DNA from: a virus
Taxonomy: Duplodnaviria; Heunggongvirae; Uroviricota; Caudoviricetes
Direction: 5' to 3' (one strand)
IMG/VR virus record: IMGVR_UViG_2870490042_000002
Length of the DNA: 36,250 bases
This document shows, in pieces, positions 8,574 through 17,537 of this stretch. Both the position numbers and the translations under genes were made by a program. The notes beneath the pieces are model-generated. The model saw only the letters and a list, made by a program, of their open reading frames with translations. It was not told the DNA's origin and made no database searches. The stretch's first letter is position 1; each line of letters starts with the position of its first letter.

Positions 8574-9686
8574 ATGTTGATTAATATCGAAAATGCGACA
8601 CCTGAGAAGGTGCTAAATAACTCATTTGCCATAGCGGTTGAAAATATACTTCGGGCATTCGCTGAACAAAAACACTTGGTTATAGGGGCAAGGGTTTTTT
8701 TTAAAACTATTATCAATGATCAAAGCGGGCTTTATAGCCTTTCATCAAAAAGTTACGCGCAAGAGGCTTTGTCGGGTCTAACAGAGTACTATGCTATCTT
8801 GGATCAGGTCTCATTTTATGTATCTGTCGACTTTAATATTAGTGATAAATCATTTAAATGGGTTCAGATCGGTGAATCTTTTAAATTTGTTTGTGGTCCA
8901 TTGTATTTTAATGACTCGGCACAATTGCAAAAAACGAAAATAGTATGTGAAAATCCTTTGGATTCTGATTTTTTTAAGGTTATAGCGGCTCATTATGCCG
9001 AAGGTATTAACTTATCTCGCTGCGAAATGGGTTTTATCGCTCTAAATGGCGGTGGGGGCAGTACTAAGGATATATTCGAGCGTGCAATTCAAAATAATGA
9101 GATAGTTTTTTGTATTGTGGATAATGACAAAAAACATCCTGGAGCCCCATTCGGAGGTACTTGCTCACATTTTTTGGGCTCACAAATTACTCGCTCAGGT
9201 TTCGTGGAGATTTTAGATGTACATGAAATAGAATCTCTAGTTCCTTTATCGACAATTGAAGATGTATTAAGAAGTCAAAGTCAATTGCAACAAAAAGAAA
9301 AATCTCTCATTTTCTTTAAGCATCTTTGCTCCGTAGATGAATCAGTAAAATTTTATATTGACCATAAAAAAGGTTTTGATTTTAAAACAGCCCTTGAACT
9401 CGATCGAAAACATGGTGCATATTGGCGTCCGATATTAAAGAAGCTTGATATAAAATATGATTGTGAGTATATCGAATCAAAACGTTGTAGCTGCAACGCT
9501 GCTTGTGTAAGTTATGATGGTTTTGGAGAGAATTTGCTCAGCAATACATTGAAATATATACAAAAGGGAAGTTTAAAAAAATATAATCCTCACCTAACAC
9601 CAGTGCTTTCTGATAAATGGTATAAGTTAGGTAAGAATTTCTTTAGTTGGAGTTGTGGTCCATATAAAAAAGCAAGGGTTGGTTAA
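8574..9686 (+). CDS. Partner protein of the ATPase (370 aa), possible Toprim/DUF4435-like nuclease (AriB-like), unconfirmed
   Basis: Starts 2 nt after the ATPase stop, so co-operonic. Contains hydrophobic-E (AIAVEN) and a DxD-type motif (IVFCIVDNDKKH). No HNH or other clear fold recognised by eye. Confidence 0.7.
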   Translation: MLINIENATPEKVLNNSFAIAVENILRAFAEQKHLVIGARVFFKTIINDQSGLYSLSSKSYAQEALSGLTEYYAILDQVSFYVSVDFNISDKSFKWVQIGESFKFVCGPLYFNDSAQLQKTKIVCENPLDSDFFKVIAAHYAEGINLSRCEMGFIALNGGGGSTKDIFERAIQNNEIVFCIVDNDKKHPGAPFGGTCSHFLGSQITRSGFVEILDVHEIESLVPLSTIEDVLRSQSQLQQKEKSLIFFKHLCSVDESVKFYIDHKKGFDFKTALELDRKHGAYWRPILKKLDIKYDCEYIESKRCSCNAACVSYDGFGENLLSNTLKYIQKGSLKKYNPHLTPVLSDKWYKLGKNFFSWSCGPYKKARVG

Positions 9687-9689
9687 ATT

Positions 9690-9716
9690 ATCACAGCCCC
9701 GATAAAGTGGGCTGTG
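9690..9716. terminator. Bidirectional hairpin between convergent cargo operon and Q
   Basis: Perfect 9-bp inverted repeat TCACAGCCC / GGGCTGTGA with a 9-nt loop, followed by a T-rich tract. Confidence 0.5.
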
Positions 9717-9781
9717 ATGTTATTATCTGTGGTTCTTGAGTTACAGGGCTGAATATAATGTTGAGATGTTTATTTTGAAAA

Positions 9782-10789
9782 TCAAAGTGAATATTTTTTA
9801 AATCTTATAACTTCCATTTCTAACCAGTTGTTTAGTTCTTTGAACCGTTCCTGTAAAGGAGTTAACTCATTTCGGACAAACACTTGTGCAGCTTTTACAA
9901 CATCACCAAAACCGCCAACATTGTTAGGCATAATTCCCATCATTTGTGGTGGTACCCTATGAGCACTCAACAAATCTTCTGCACTAACCTTTTTGATATT
10001 GAAAAAATCATCTTTCGTGGCGACTTCACTCAACGGCACAATCTTGATGCCATCCGGTTTGCCGTTGGGCGCGTAGAAAAACAAGTTTTTGAAATTCCCG
10101 AGTCCTTTCGAGTCACGCATCGCGTTGCGGAGCGACTCGACGTCGGTACTGCTTTGCGCGGCGTCGGTGACGTACATGATGTACCCCGCGTGCGCGCCGT
10201 TCTGGTAATACTTGCGGCGAAACAGCGTAGCGGACTCATTCAGCCAGGCAGAATTAAGTGCGCTCAGGTATTCCGGCATCCCGTACAACTCCTGATTGAT
10301 ATCGGGCTCAAGCAGATGGAAAACGGAATCGGGTGCGAACGGGTGCGGCTGGGTGTAGTTCGACACGTACCAGTAAACGCCATCTTCGACACCCCGGCGG
10401 GTGTATTTAGCCGGTGAGGTTTCCAGTTTTAAGAGCTGGCCGGTGACGCTCATGCGCTTCTCAAGATAGCCGTTGGCAAAGACCAGATAATCGAGCACCA
10501 GGCGGCTGAAGTCCTGACGTGACAGCAACGGGTGCGGAATGTAGGTGCTCGCCAGAATGTTACGTTTCACGTAAATCGGCGAGCTGTGATGAACGGAGGC
10601 GCGCAGGCTTTTTGCCAGCCCCGAGAAGTTGACCGGCGGCTCGTACCATTTCCCGTTATTGATACACTCTACGTAGTCGAGAATGTCGCGGCGATCCAGA
10701 ACCGGGGAAGGCACACCAAAGGTGAACGCCTCCATTTTTTGCGGTGTGCTGGCGGTCATGTTGGCGGGTTTCTTCTGTCGTTTTTTCAT
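9782..10789 (-). CDS. Q: Portal protein, P2 gpQ-like
   Basis: 335-aa ORF immediately downstream of P on the reverse strand. Position and size match P2 Q. Confidence 0.85.
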   Translation of the reverse strand: MKKRQKKPANMTASTPQKMEAFTFGVPSPVLDRRDILDYVECINNGKWYEPPVNFSGLAKSLRASVHHSSPIYVKRNILASTYIPHPLLSRQDFSRLVLDYLVFANGYLEKRMSVTGQLLKLETSPAKYTRRGVEDGVYWYVSNYTQPHPFAPDSVFHLLEPDINQELYGMPEYLSALNSAWLNESATLFRRKYYQNGAHAGYIMYVTDAAQSSTDVESLRNAMRDSKGLGNFKNLFFYAPNGKPDGIKIVPLSEVATKDDFFNIKKVSAEDLLSAHRVPPQMMGIMPNNVGGFGDVVKAAQVFVRNELTPLQERFKELNNWLEMEVIRFKKYSL

Positions 10790-10790
10790 C

Positions 10791-12560
10791 TTAGTTAATA
10801 TCCAGAATTGAGGTTGATTGCATGCCGCTACCGGCGGAAAGCGGTTCGTTTAACAGGGCGTGCATGGTCGCCCACGCAATATCCGCGTGGCTGGCCTCTT
10901 CGCTGCGGCTGGCCTCATAGGTGGAGCTGCGCCCGCTGCTGGTCATGGTTTTACGGATAGCCATAAATGACTGTGTGATGTCGGTCGCACCGGCGTCATA
11001 TTCCAGACATCCGCGACGGATGGTGTCTTTCGCTTTCAGCACCATCGCAGTTTTCATTTCCGGCGTGTAGCGAATGGCACGCGCCGCCGGGAAGAAGGAG
11101 CGCACGAGCTGGTAAACCCCCTGGCCGATGCCGGTCGCATCGATGCCGATGTACTCGACGCAATATTTCCCGGTCAGCTCGCGGATAGCCTCGGCCTGTG
11201 TCGCAAAATCCATCCCTTTCCACTGGTGACGCTCAAGGATGCGGAACTTGCCACCGGGAACCAGTGGTGGAGCCAGTACCGCACAGCCAGCGCTGTCGCC
11301 GGTGTGCGACGGGTCATAGCCAATCCAGACCGGGCGCCAGTTAAACGGACGGTCAGAGAACGGCGCAAAGTCCTCCCATTCTTCCATCGCATCGACCATG
11401 CAGCGCTGTAGCTCCTCGAACGGGAATACCGACGCTTTATCGTCAACAAACTCGCACATGAAGAGGTTGCGAAAATCGTCGGCGCTGTTTTCCTGTTTCA
11501 GCTGATCCAGATTAAACAGGGTGCATCCCCCGGCGAGTGCGTCCTCGATGGTGACAATCTGCCGCCACTGGCCGTCCGGGCACAGCACGCCACCGGCGAG
11601 CGCTTTGTGGCTGATATCGATGTCGACGCGCTCGCTCGCGTTGCTGCGTCCCCGGTTAAACAGTTCACCTGACCAGAACGGATACGCGCCATGTGCCAGC
11701 GTTGAGGGTGTTGAAAAGTAGGTGGTGCGCAGGTGGGACTGCGACGCCATCCCCGAGGCGACTTTGCGCAGCTTCTGAAAGTTGGGGATCCAGAAGATTT
11801 CATCGACATACAGGTCGCCGTTATGGCTCTGCGCAGTGTTTGAGTTTGTCCCGAGAAAAATCAGCTCTGCGCCGTTGTTGCCGATGACAATCGGGTCTCC
11901 TGACAGGTCGACGTCGACCATGCGCGCAAAGGCGATGATGTACTTTCGGAACACGTAAGCCTGCGTCTTACTGGCTGACAAAAATATCTGGTTTTGCCCG
12001 GTCTTAAGCGCACGCAGGAGGGACTCACGCGCAAAGTAGAACGTCGCGCCAATCTGGCGTGATTTGAGGATGTGGCGAATACGGTGCGCGATACCGGCCT
12101 TGTGCCAGTTGAGCTGATACTCAAAGGACTGATCGAAGAAAATCTCTTCCAGCTTTTCGATGGCCTCGTCGCTGAAATAATTGCGTTTCGGCTTTTTGCG
12201 ATCCCCTTTATTGCGGCTCGCAATGTTGGGGTTTAAATCCACTTCATTACCGGTCTGGCCGTAGCGGTTGATGCGTGCGAATCGCTCCATCTGGCGTGAC
12301 AGAAAATCAGCGACCTTGAAGTCATGCGGCGTCAGGTCAGGCTTTGCATAAAGCTGGATCAGGCGCGCCTCGAGCGTCGTTTCCACGCGATTAAGCGGGG
12401 CGGTTTCCTCCCACCCGTCGCGCTGTTTCCAGCTCTGCACGGTCGGGCGCTTTACCTGCAGTGTGTCGGCGATTTGTGGTACGGAAAATCCCTGCCAGAA
12501 CAACAGCCGCGCCTGTCGTCGCGGGTCATGCAAAAGGGAGAGGTCAGTCGAAATGGTCAT
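10791..12560 (-). CDS. P: Terminase large (ATPase) subunit, P2 gpP-like (589 aa)
   Basis: ORF 10791..12590 trimmed to MTISTDLSLLHDPRRQARLLFWQGFSVPQIA, which matches the P2 P N-terminus as recalled and has a GAGG RBS. Confidence 0.9.
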   Translation of the reverse strand: MTISTDLSLLHDPRRQARLLFWQGFSVPQIADTLQVKRPTVQSWKQRDGWEETAPLNRVETTLEARLIQLYAKPDLTPHDFKVADFLSRQMERFARINRYGQTGNEVDLNPNIASRNKGDRKKPKRNYFSDEAIEKLEEIFFDQSFEYQLNWHKAGIAHRIRHILKSRQIGATFYFARESLLRALKTGQNQIFLSASKTQAYVFRKYIIAFARMVDVDLSGDPIVIGNNGAELIFLGTNSNTAQSHNGDLYVDEIFWIPNFQKLRKVASGMASQSHLRTTYFSTPSTLAHGAYPFWSGELFNRGRSNASERVDIDISHKALAGGVLCPDGQWRQIVTIEDALAGGCTLFNLDQLKQENSADDFRNLFMCEFVDDKASVFPFEELQRCMVDAMEEWEDFAPFSDRPFNWRPVWIGYDPSHTGDSAGCAVLAPPLVPGGKFRILERHQWKGMDFATQAEAIRELTGKYCVEYIGIDATGIGQGVYQLVRSFFPAARAIRYTPEMKTAMVLKAKDTIRRGCLEYDAGATDITQSFMAIRKTMTSSGRSSTYEASRSEEASHADIAWATMHALLNEPLSAGSGMQSTSILDIN

Positions 12561-12726
12561 GGTTGCCTCGTACTGGTGAATACGGGGCAAGGCTAAGGAA
12601 ATAGCCGGGCATTATCGCTAACCCCCTGTTGTGTCAGGGGTTGCACTTCCGCAAGCGGTGGCTGATGCGGGGCGGAGTCGGGAAACTACCCCCGAACCGA
12701 AAACCCAATATCAGGACACCTGAACA
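12561..12726. promoter_or_regulatory. Divergent late promoter region (P and O operons) with dyad AACCCCCTG-TTGTGT-CAGGGGTT
   Basis: Intergenic region between divergent P and O. Dyad at 12620-12642 contains GTTGTGTCAG, which recurs upstream of FI. Confidence 0.4.
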
Positions 12727-13581
12727 ATGGCAAAGAAAGTTTCTAAATGGTTTCGCATCGGCGTCGAGGGTGACACCTGCGATGGCCGTGTCATCAGCGG
12801 TGATGACATTCAGGAAATGGCGGATTCCTTCGACCCGCGCGTCTACGGTTGCCGCATCAACCTCGAACACCTGCGCGGCATTCTGCCCGACAGTGTGCTC
12901 AAACGTTATGGCGACGTGACCGAAGTGAAAGCGGAAATCATCAGCGATGACTCTGCCCTGAATGGCAAAAAGGCGCTGTTTGGCAAAATCGCACCGCTGG
13001 ACGAACTGGTCAGCATGGTGCGCAGCGGTCAGAAAGTTTACACCTCGATGGAGATCCGCCCTAACTTCGCCAACAGCGGCAAATGTTATCTCGTTGGCCT
13101 GGCGGTGACCGATGACCCGGCAAGCCTCGGCACCGAATACCTCGAATTCTGCAGCCGTGCGACCCAGAACCCGTTGGCCGGTAAAAAAGCTCACCCTGAC
13201 GACCTGTTTTCCGTTGCCACGCTGGCTGAGCTGGAATTCGAGGACGTCCCCGATACTGTCCTCAACAGCCTGACCGACAAGGTCAAAGCCATTTTCAGCC
13301 GCAAGCAGGCGAGCGATGACGGGCGTCTGGCAGATGTGCATGAGGCGGTCACTACAGTCACTGAGCAGGTGCAGACCAGCCTGAGCAATAGCGAAAAACG
13401 TTTAACCGAACTCGAAACCGCATTTGCGCAGTTTAAGCAGGATGTGACCCGCCAGACCGAAGAAAACGCGCAGGCGTTTACCACGCTGAAAAGTTCCCTC
13501 GATAACACCGAAAGCCATCGCCAGCCGCGCCGCGAGAAGTCGAAAGGCGGAATGGGCGACGAGCTGCTGACCAACTGCTGA
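12727..13581 (+). CDS. O: Capsid scaffolding protein, P2 gpO-like (284 aa)
   Basis: 284 aa, same as P2 O. First gene of the rightward capsid operon. Confidence 0.85.
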   Translation: MAKKVSKWFRIGVEGDTCDGRVISGDDIQEMADSFDPRVYGCRINLEHLRGILPDSVLKRYGDVTEVKAEIISDDSALNGKKALFGKIAPLDELVSMVRSGQKVYTSMEIRPNFANSGKCYLVGLAVTDDPASLGTEYLEFCSRATQNPLAGKKAHPDDLFSVATLAELEFEDVPDTVLNSLTDKVKAIFSRKQASDDGRLADVHEAVTTVTEQVQTSLSNSEKRLTELETAFAQFKQDVTRQTEENAQAFTTLKSSLDNTESHRQPRREKSKGGMGDELLTNC

Positions 13582-13641
13582 TAACCCGCCGGGTGCGCGT
13601 CACCCGGCCTGATGCCCCTTTTTAGAGAAACAGGAATAACA

Positions 13642-14709
13642 ATGCGTAAAGATACCCGCTTTAAATTTAATGCTTACCTGTCCCGCGTGGCGGAACTGAA
13701 CGGCGTCGACACCGACGATGTGGCAAAGAAATTCACCGTCGAGCCGTCCGTGACGCAAACCCTGATGACCACTCTGCAGGCGTCATCCGCGTTTCTGACC
13801 AAAGTGAATATCGTGCCGGTCGACGAGCTGAAAGGCGAAAAAGTCGGGGTGGGCGTCAACGGTACGATTGCCAGCACCACCGATACTGCCGCTGATGATG
13901 AACGTAAGACCGCTGATTTTACCGCGCTCGAATCCAACAAATACGAATGCGCGCAAATCAACTTCGATTTCCACATCCGTTACAAACAGCTCGACCTGTG
14001 GGCGCGATTCCAGGACTTTCAGACCCGTATCCGTGACGCGATTATCAAGCGCCAGTCGCTCGATTTCATTATGGCCGGTTTCAACGGTATCACCCGTGCG
14101 GCGACCTCCAGCCGTAAAAACAATCCGATGCTGCAGGATGTGGCGGTGGGCTGGCTGCAGAAGTACCGCAATGAAGCTGCAGCGCGCGTGATGTCAAAAA
14201 TCACCGACGAAGACGGCAAGGTTATTTCCGATGTGATCCGCGTGGGTAAAAATGGTGACTATGAAAACCTCGATGCGCTGGTCATGGATGCGACCACCAA
14301 CCTGATTGATGAGATTTATCAGGATGACCCGGAGCTCGTCGTTATCACTGGCCGTAAGCTGATGGCGGATAAATATTTCCCGCTGGTCAACAAGACGCAG
14401 GAAAACAGCGAAACGCTGGCCGCTGACATCATCATCAGCCAGAAGCGGATCGGCAACCTCCCCGCCGTGCGTGTGCCGTACTTCCCGGCGAATGCCCTGA
14501 TGGTGACGCGTCTCGATAACCTGTCGATTTACTTCATGGATGACGCACACCGCCGCGCCATCATTGAAGAGCCGAAAAAAGACCGTATCGAAAACTACGA
14601 GTCAATGAATATTGACTATGTGATCGAGGCTTACGCGGCCGGTTGCCTGATTGAGAACATCAATTTAGGTGACTTCACCGCACCTGCCGCACCGGAAAGC
14701 GGAGAGTAA
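13642..14709 (+). CDS. N: Major capsid protein, P2 gpN-like (355 aa)
   Basis: ORF 13612..14709 trimmed to MRKDTRFKF with RBS CAGGAATAACA. Length and position match P2 N. Confidence 0.9.
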   Translation: MRKDTRFKFNAYLSRVAELNGVDTDDVAKKFTVEPSVTQTLMTTLQASSAFLTKVNIVPVDELKGEKVGVGVNGTIASTTDTAADDERKTADFTALESNKYECAQINFDFHIRYKQLDLWARFQDFQTRIRDAIIKRQSLDFIMAGFNGITRAATSSRKNNPMLQDVAVGWLQKYRNEAAARVMSKITDEDGKVISDVIRVGKNGDYENLDALVMDATTNLIDEIYQDDPELVVITGRKLMADKYFPLVNKTQENSETLAADIIISQKRIGNLPAVRVPYFPANALMVTRLDNLSIYFMDDAHRRAIIEEPKKDRIENYESMNIDYVIEAYAAGCLIENINLGDFTAPAAPESGE

Positions 14710-14712
14710 GCC

Positions 14713-15468
14713 ATGACGAGTCCCGCAGCGCGTCACATGATGCGGGTCTCGGCCTCTGAAACTGCGCGGCGGGCTGCTGCTCCGCTGCGTAATGCAACTG
14801 CCTATGAGCAGATGCTCGTCAAGCTGGCCGCAGACTGTCGCACGTTAAAACAAATCCGCTCCAACGAGCGCAAGGCAGACAAAAAGCGCGAGCTGTTGCC
14901 GTTTTATCTGCCGTGGGTGGGTGGCGTTCTCAGCTCCGGTAAAGGGGCGCAGGATGACATTGTCATGACCGTCATGCTGTGGCGTCTCGATGCGGATGAC
15001 ATCGCCGGTGCGCTGGAGATTGCCCGCTATGCGATGACCTATGGCCTGACCATGCCGACCGGCGGCCACCGGCGCACCACGCCGTATTTGCTGGCCGAAG
15101 AGGTCGCCCTGTCAGCGCAGCGCCTGCTCGATGCGAAACAGCCTGTCGGGCTGCCGCTCCTGCTCGACACCATCGCACTGACCGAACGGGCAGACATGCC
15201 GGATATCGTGCGCGCGAAGCTGCACAAAATTACCGGCTACGTGCTGCGTGAGGCTGGCCGTCTGACTGACGCGCTGACGCACCTGCAGCGTGCGATCCAG
15301 TTAGAGCGGGCTATCGGTGTGAAAAAGGATATTGAACAGCTCGAGCGCGCGCTGAAACCCAAAGCAGAACCTGCACCCAAACAGAATAAACCGCGCACGC
15401 GCAAACCTGCCGCTAAACCGGCGGCACGGCGCGGGCGTCCCCCGAAAGCGGCAAAAGCCGCAGGTTAA
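14713..15468 (+). CDS. M: Terminase endonuclease (small) subunit, P2 gpM-like
   Basis: 251 aa directly after N, with a basic C-terminal tail. Position and size match P2 M. Confidence 0.8.
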   Translation: MTSPAARHMMRVSASETARRAAAPLRNATAYEQMLVKLAADCRTLKQIRSNERKADKKRELLPFYLPWVGGVLSSGKGAQDDIVMTVMLWRLDADDIAGALEIARYAMTYGLTMPTGGHRRTTPYLLAEEVALSAQRLLDAKQPVGLPLLLDTIALTERADMPDIVRAKLHKITGYVLREAGRLTDALTHLQRAIQLERAIGVKKDIEQLERALKPKAEPAPKQNKPRTRKPAAKPAARRGRPPKAAKAAG

Positions 15469-15567
15469 CAGAGCGCTCCCCGAGCCGGGCGGCACGCCGG
15501 TCAATGCGGGCATTGATTGCCCTGACTGCGACCGGCGTCCACCGCCCACCCATTACCCGAGGTTGTC

Positions 15568-16074
15568 ATGACGACAGTGATTATTGAGCCAAAAAAAGAG
15601 CCGCAGGACGTGCCGGGCGTGGTCATTCCGCCACCGGGCGTGAGTGAACCTGTAATAAAAAACACCTTCTTTTTTCCTGATGTGGATCCGAAGCGTGTGC
15701 GTGAGCTGATGCGTCTGGAGCAGACCGTTTCCGCGCTGCGCCTGAATGATGCGATTAAAGCCGGTATGGCTGAAACCAATGCGGAGCTTGCTCTGTGGCG
15801 GGTTGAGCAGATGGCCGCAGGGCATGACACGCTGGCTGATGTGCCTGCCGATGATATCGATGGCGAAAGCGTGCGCTGTTTTCACTATTTCCGCGCCGTC
15901 TGCGCCATGACCAGCGCCACGCTGTTTGAGCGTTATCGCGGCATCGATGCGACGGCGAAAGGCGACCGTAAAGCGGAAAGCACTGAGGCGGTTATCGATG
16001 AACTGTGGCGGGATATGCGCTGGTCTGTGGCGCGTATTCAGGACAAGCCGCGCTGTATTGTCGGTCAAATCTGA
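15568..16074 (+). CDS. L: Head completion/stabilisation protein, P2 gpL-like
   Basis: 168 aa; size and synteny match P2 L. Confidence 0.8.
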   Translation: MTTVIIEPKKEPQDVPGVVIPPPGVSEPVIKNTFFFPDVDPKRVRELMRLEQTVSALRLNDAIKAGMAETNAELALWRVEQMAAGHDTLADVPADDIDGESVRCFHYFRAVCAMTSATLFERYRGIDATAKGDRKAESTEAVIDELWRDMRWSVARIQDKPRCIVGQI

Positions 16075-16277
16075 TGAAGGTCCGGGCGATGCAGGGTGAC
16101 ACCCTCGATGCGATTTGCGCCCGGTATTACGGGCGCACTGAGGGCGTCGTTGAAACGGTGCTGTGGGCGAATCCGGGGCTGTCGGAGCTGGGCGTTATTC
16201 TGCCGCACGGCACGACAATAGAACTGCCCGAAACCGACAGCGCCCCGAAAACTGAAACGGTGAATTTATGGGACTGA
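16074..16277 (+). CDS. X: Tail protein X (67 aa, LysM-like)
   Basis: ATG at 16074 overlaps the L stop. MKVRAMQGDTLDAICARYYGRTEGVVETVL...TETVNLWD is near-identical in pattern to P2 X as recalled. Confidence 0.85.
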   Translation: MKVRAMQGDTLDAICARYYGRTEGVVETVLWANPGLSELGVILPHGTTIELPETDSAPKTETVNLWD

Positions 16278-16489
16278 GTGTGGAAAAAATCACGACGTTT
16301 TTCGCTTACTGGCTGGCCGTGGGGCTGGCGTATTTCGGGGCTATGTCCCCCGAAAAGCTGGCGCTCTATGTGGGGAGTGCCTGCGCCATTTTTACCGCGC
16401 TGACGAATTACTGGTTTAAGCGTAAAACCTACCGCTACCTGACCTCACTTGGACCCGATAAGGGGGCTGCCCGTGAGCTCAATCATTAA
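16268..16489 (+). CDS. Putative holin/pinholin (73 aa, two predicted TM helices)
   Basis: Two hydrophobic segments (ITTFFAYWLAVGLAYFGAM and LALYVGSACAIFTALTNYWF) and a charged C-terminus. Sits directly upstream of the endolysin. Confidence 0.6.
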   Translation: MGLSVEKITTFFAYWLAVGLAYFGAMSPEKLALYVGSACAIFTALTNYWFKRKTYRYLTSLGPDKGAARELNH

Positions 16490-16982
16490 ACGCTGCAGTG
16501 TGGCCGCCGTGCTGGCGCTGGCGGCACTGGTGCCTGATTTTCGTCTGCTTAACACCTCGCCCGAGGGGCTGGCACTGATTGCCGACCTCGAAGGATGTCG
16601 CCTGACACCTTACCAGTGCAGCGCGGGAGTGTGGACGTCGGGCATCGGCCACACTGCCGGGGTGGTCCCGAAAGGGGATATTACCGAACAGCGCGCGGCG
16701 GAGAATCTCATTGCCGATGTGCTCAACGTCGAGCAACGGCTCGCGGTCTGTGTGCCGGTGGATATGCCACCGCGCGTCTATAACTCGCTGGTCAGTTTTG
16801 CGTTTAACGTCGGAACCGGTGCGGCCTGTCGGTCGACTCTGGTCTCTTATATCAAGCGTCACCAGTGGTGGCAGGCATGCGACCAGCTCACCCGCTGGGT
16901 GTATGTCAACGGCACAAAAAATAAAGGGCTGGAGAACCGCCGTGCGCGGGAGCGGGCTTACTGCGTAAAGGGGATGCAATGA
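16473..16982 (+). CDS. SAR-type endolysin, GH24 phage lysozyme
   Basis: GTG at 16473 follows RBS AAGGGGG (the ORF track ATG at 16449 is also possible). N-terminal hydrophobic SAR segment CSVAAVLALAALV, then lysozyme signature LIADLEGCRLTPYQCSAGVWTSGIGHT. Confidence 0.8.
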   Translation: MSSIIKRCSVAAVLALAALVPDFRLLNTSPEGLALIADLEGCRLTPYQCSAGVWTSGIGHTAGVVPKGDITEQRAAENLIADVLNVEQRLAVCVPVDMPPRVYNSLVSFAFNVGTGAACRSTLVSYIKRHQWWQACDQLTRWVYVNGTKNKGLENRRARERAYCVKGMQ

Positions 16983-17404
16983 AAGTGCTGATGATTCTGC
17001 TGGCAGGGTTGCTCGCCATGGTGCTGTGGCTGCGCCACGATAACGTGAACTTATCCCGGTCTTTTGAGAAAGCGAGCCGCGTTGCCAGCGAGCAAAAGAC
17101 GACGATTGGCATGCTGAAAAATCAGCTTGCCGTATCGCAGCGAATCGCAAGTGCGAATGAGGATGCGCAGGTCAGGCTCGGTGATGAGCTGGCCGTTGCC
17201 GGTGAGCAGGCGGTAAAGCGGGAAGAAACCATAACGAGGTTGATGAATGAAAACGAGACGTTACGCCGCTGGTACAGCGATAAGCTGCCTGATGCTGTGC
17301 GTCGGTTGCACATCCGAACGGGCTGCGCCTCCGCCGCCCGTTGTTTACAACGCCTGCCCGAAGGTGAGTCTCTGCCCGATGCCGGGAAGCGACCCCGTCA
17401 ATAA
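16979..17404 (+). CDS. i-spanin (Rz/LysB-like)
   Basis: N-terminal TM segment VLMILLAGLLAMVLWL followed by a coiled-coil-like region. Start overlaps the endolysin stop. Confidence 0.7.
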   Translation: MKVLMILLAGLLAMVLWLRHDNVNLSRSFEKASRVASEQKTTIGMLKNQLAVSQRIASANEDAQVRLGDELAVAGEQAVKREETITRLMNENETLRRWYSDKLPDAVRRLHIRTGCASAARCLQRLPEGESLPDAGKRPRQ

Positions 17405-17537
17405 CGGTGATCTGAGTGCCGATATTCGGAGGCTTGAGCACGCGCTCACCGCCTGTGCAATTAAGGTCGAAACCATCAAAGACTGTCAGGATAAAATCGA
17501 TGCAGAAAATGAAAAGCCTGCGCAAAGCGCTGAATGA
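17247..17537 (+). CDS. o-spanin (Rz1/LysC-like lipoprotein), overlapping the i-spanin in the +1 frame
   Basis: Signal peptide with lipobox-like LCVGC, then a proline-rich segment APPPPVV. Embedded in and extending past the i-spanin gene. Confidence 0.6.
   Translation: MKTRRYAAGTAISCLMLCVGCTSERAAPPPPVVYNACPKVSLCPMPGSDPVNNGDLSADIRRLEHALTACAIKVETIKDCQDKIDAENEKPAQSAE

Noticed and set aside
12621-12650. Exact TGT-N12-ACA late promoter consensus
   Set aside because: Only imperfect matches (TGT-N12-ACT) were found by eye; reported instead as a shared 10-mer motif with lower confidence.
12634-13341. 235-aa reverse-strand ORF overlapping scaffold gene O
   Set aside because: Antisense to a conserved structural gene; no independent support.
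16479-17150. 223-aa reverse-strand ORF across the endolysin and spanin genes
   Set aside because: Antisense to the lysis cassette, whose forward-strand genes carry clear motifs.
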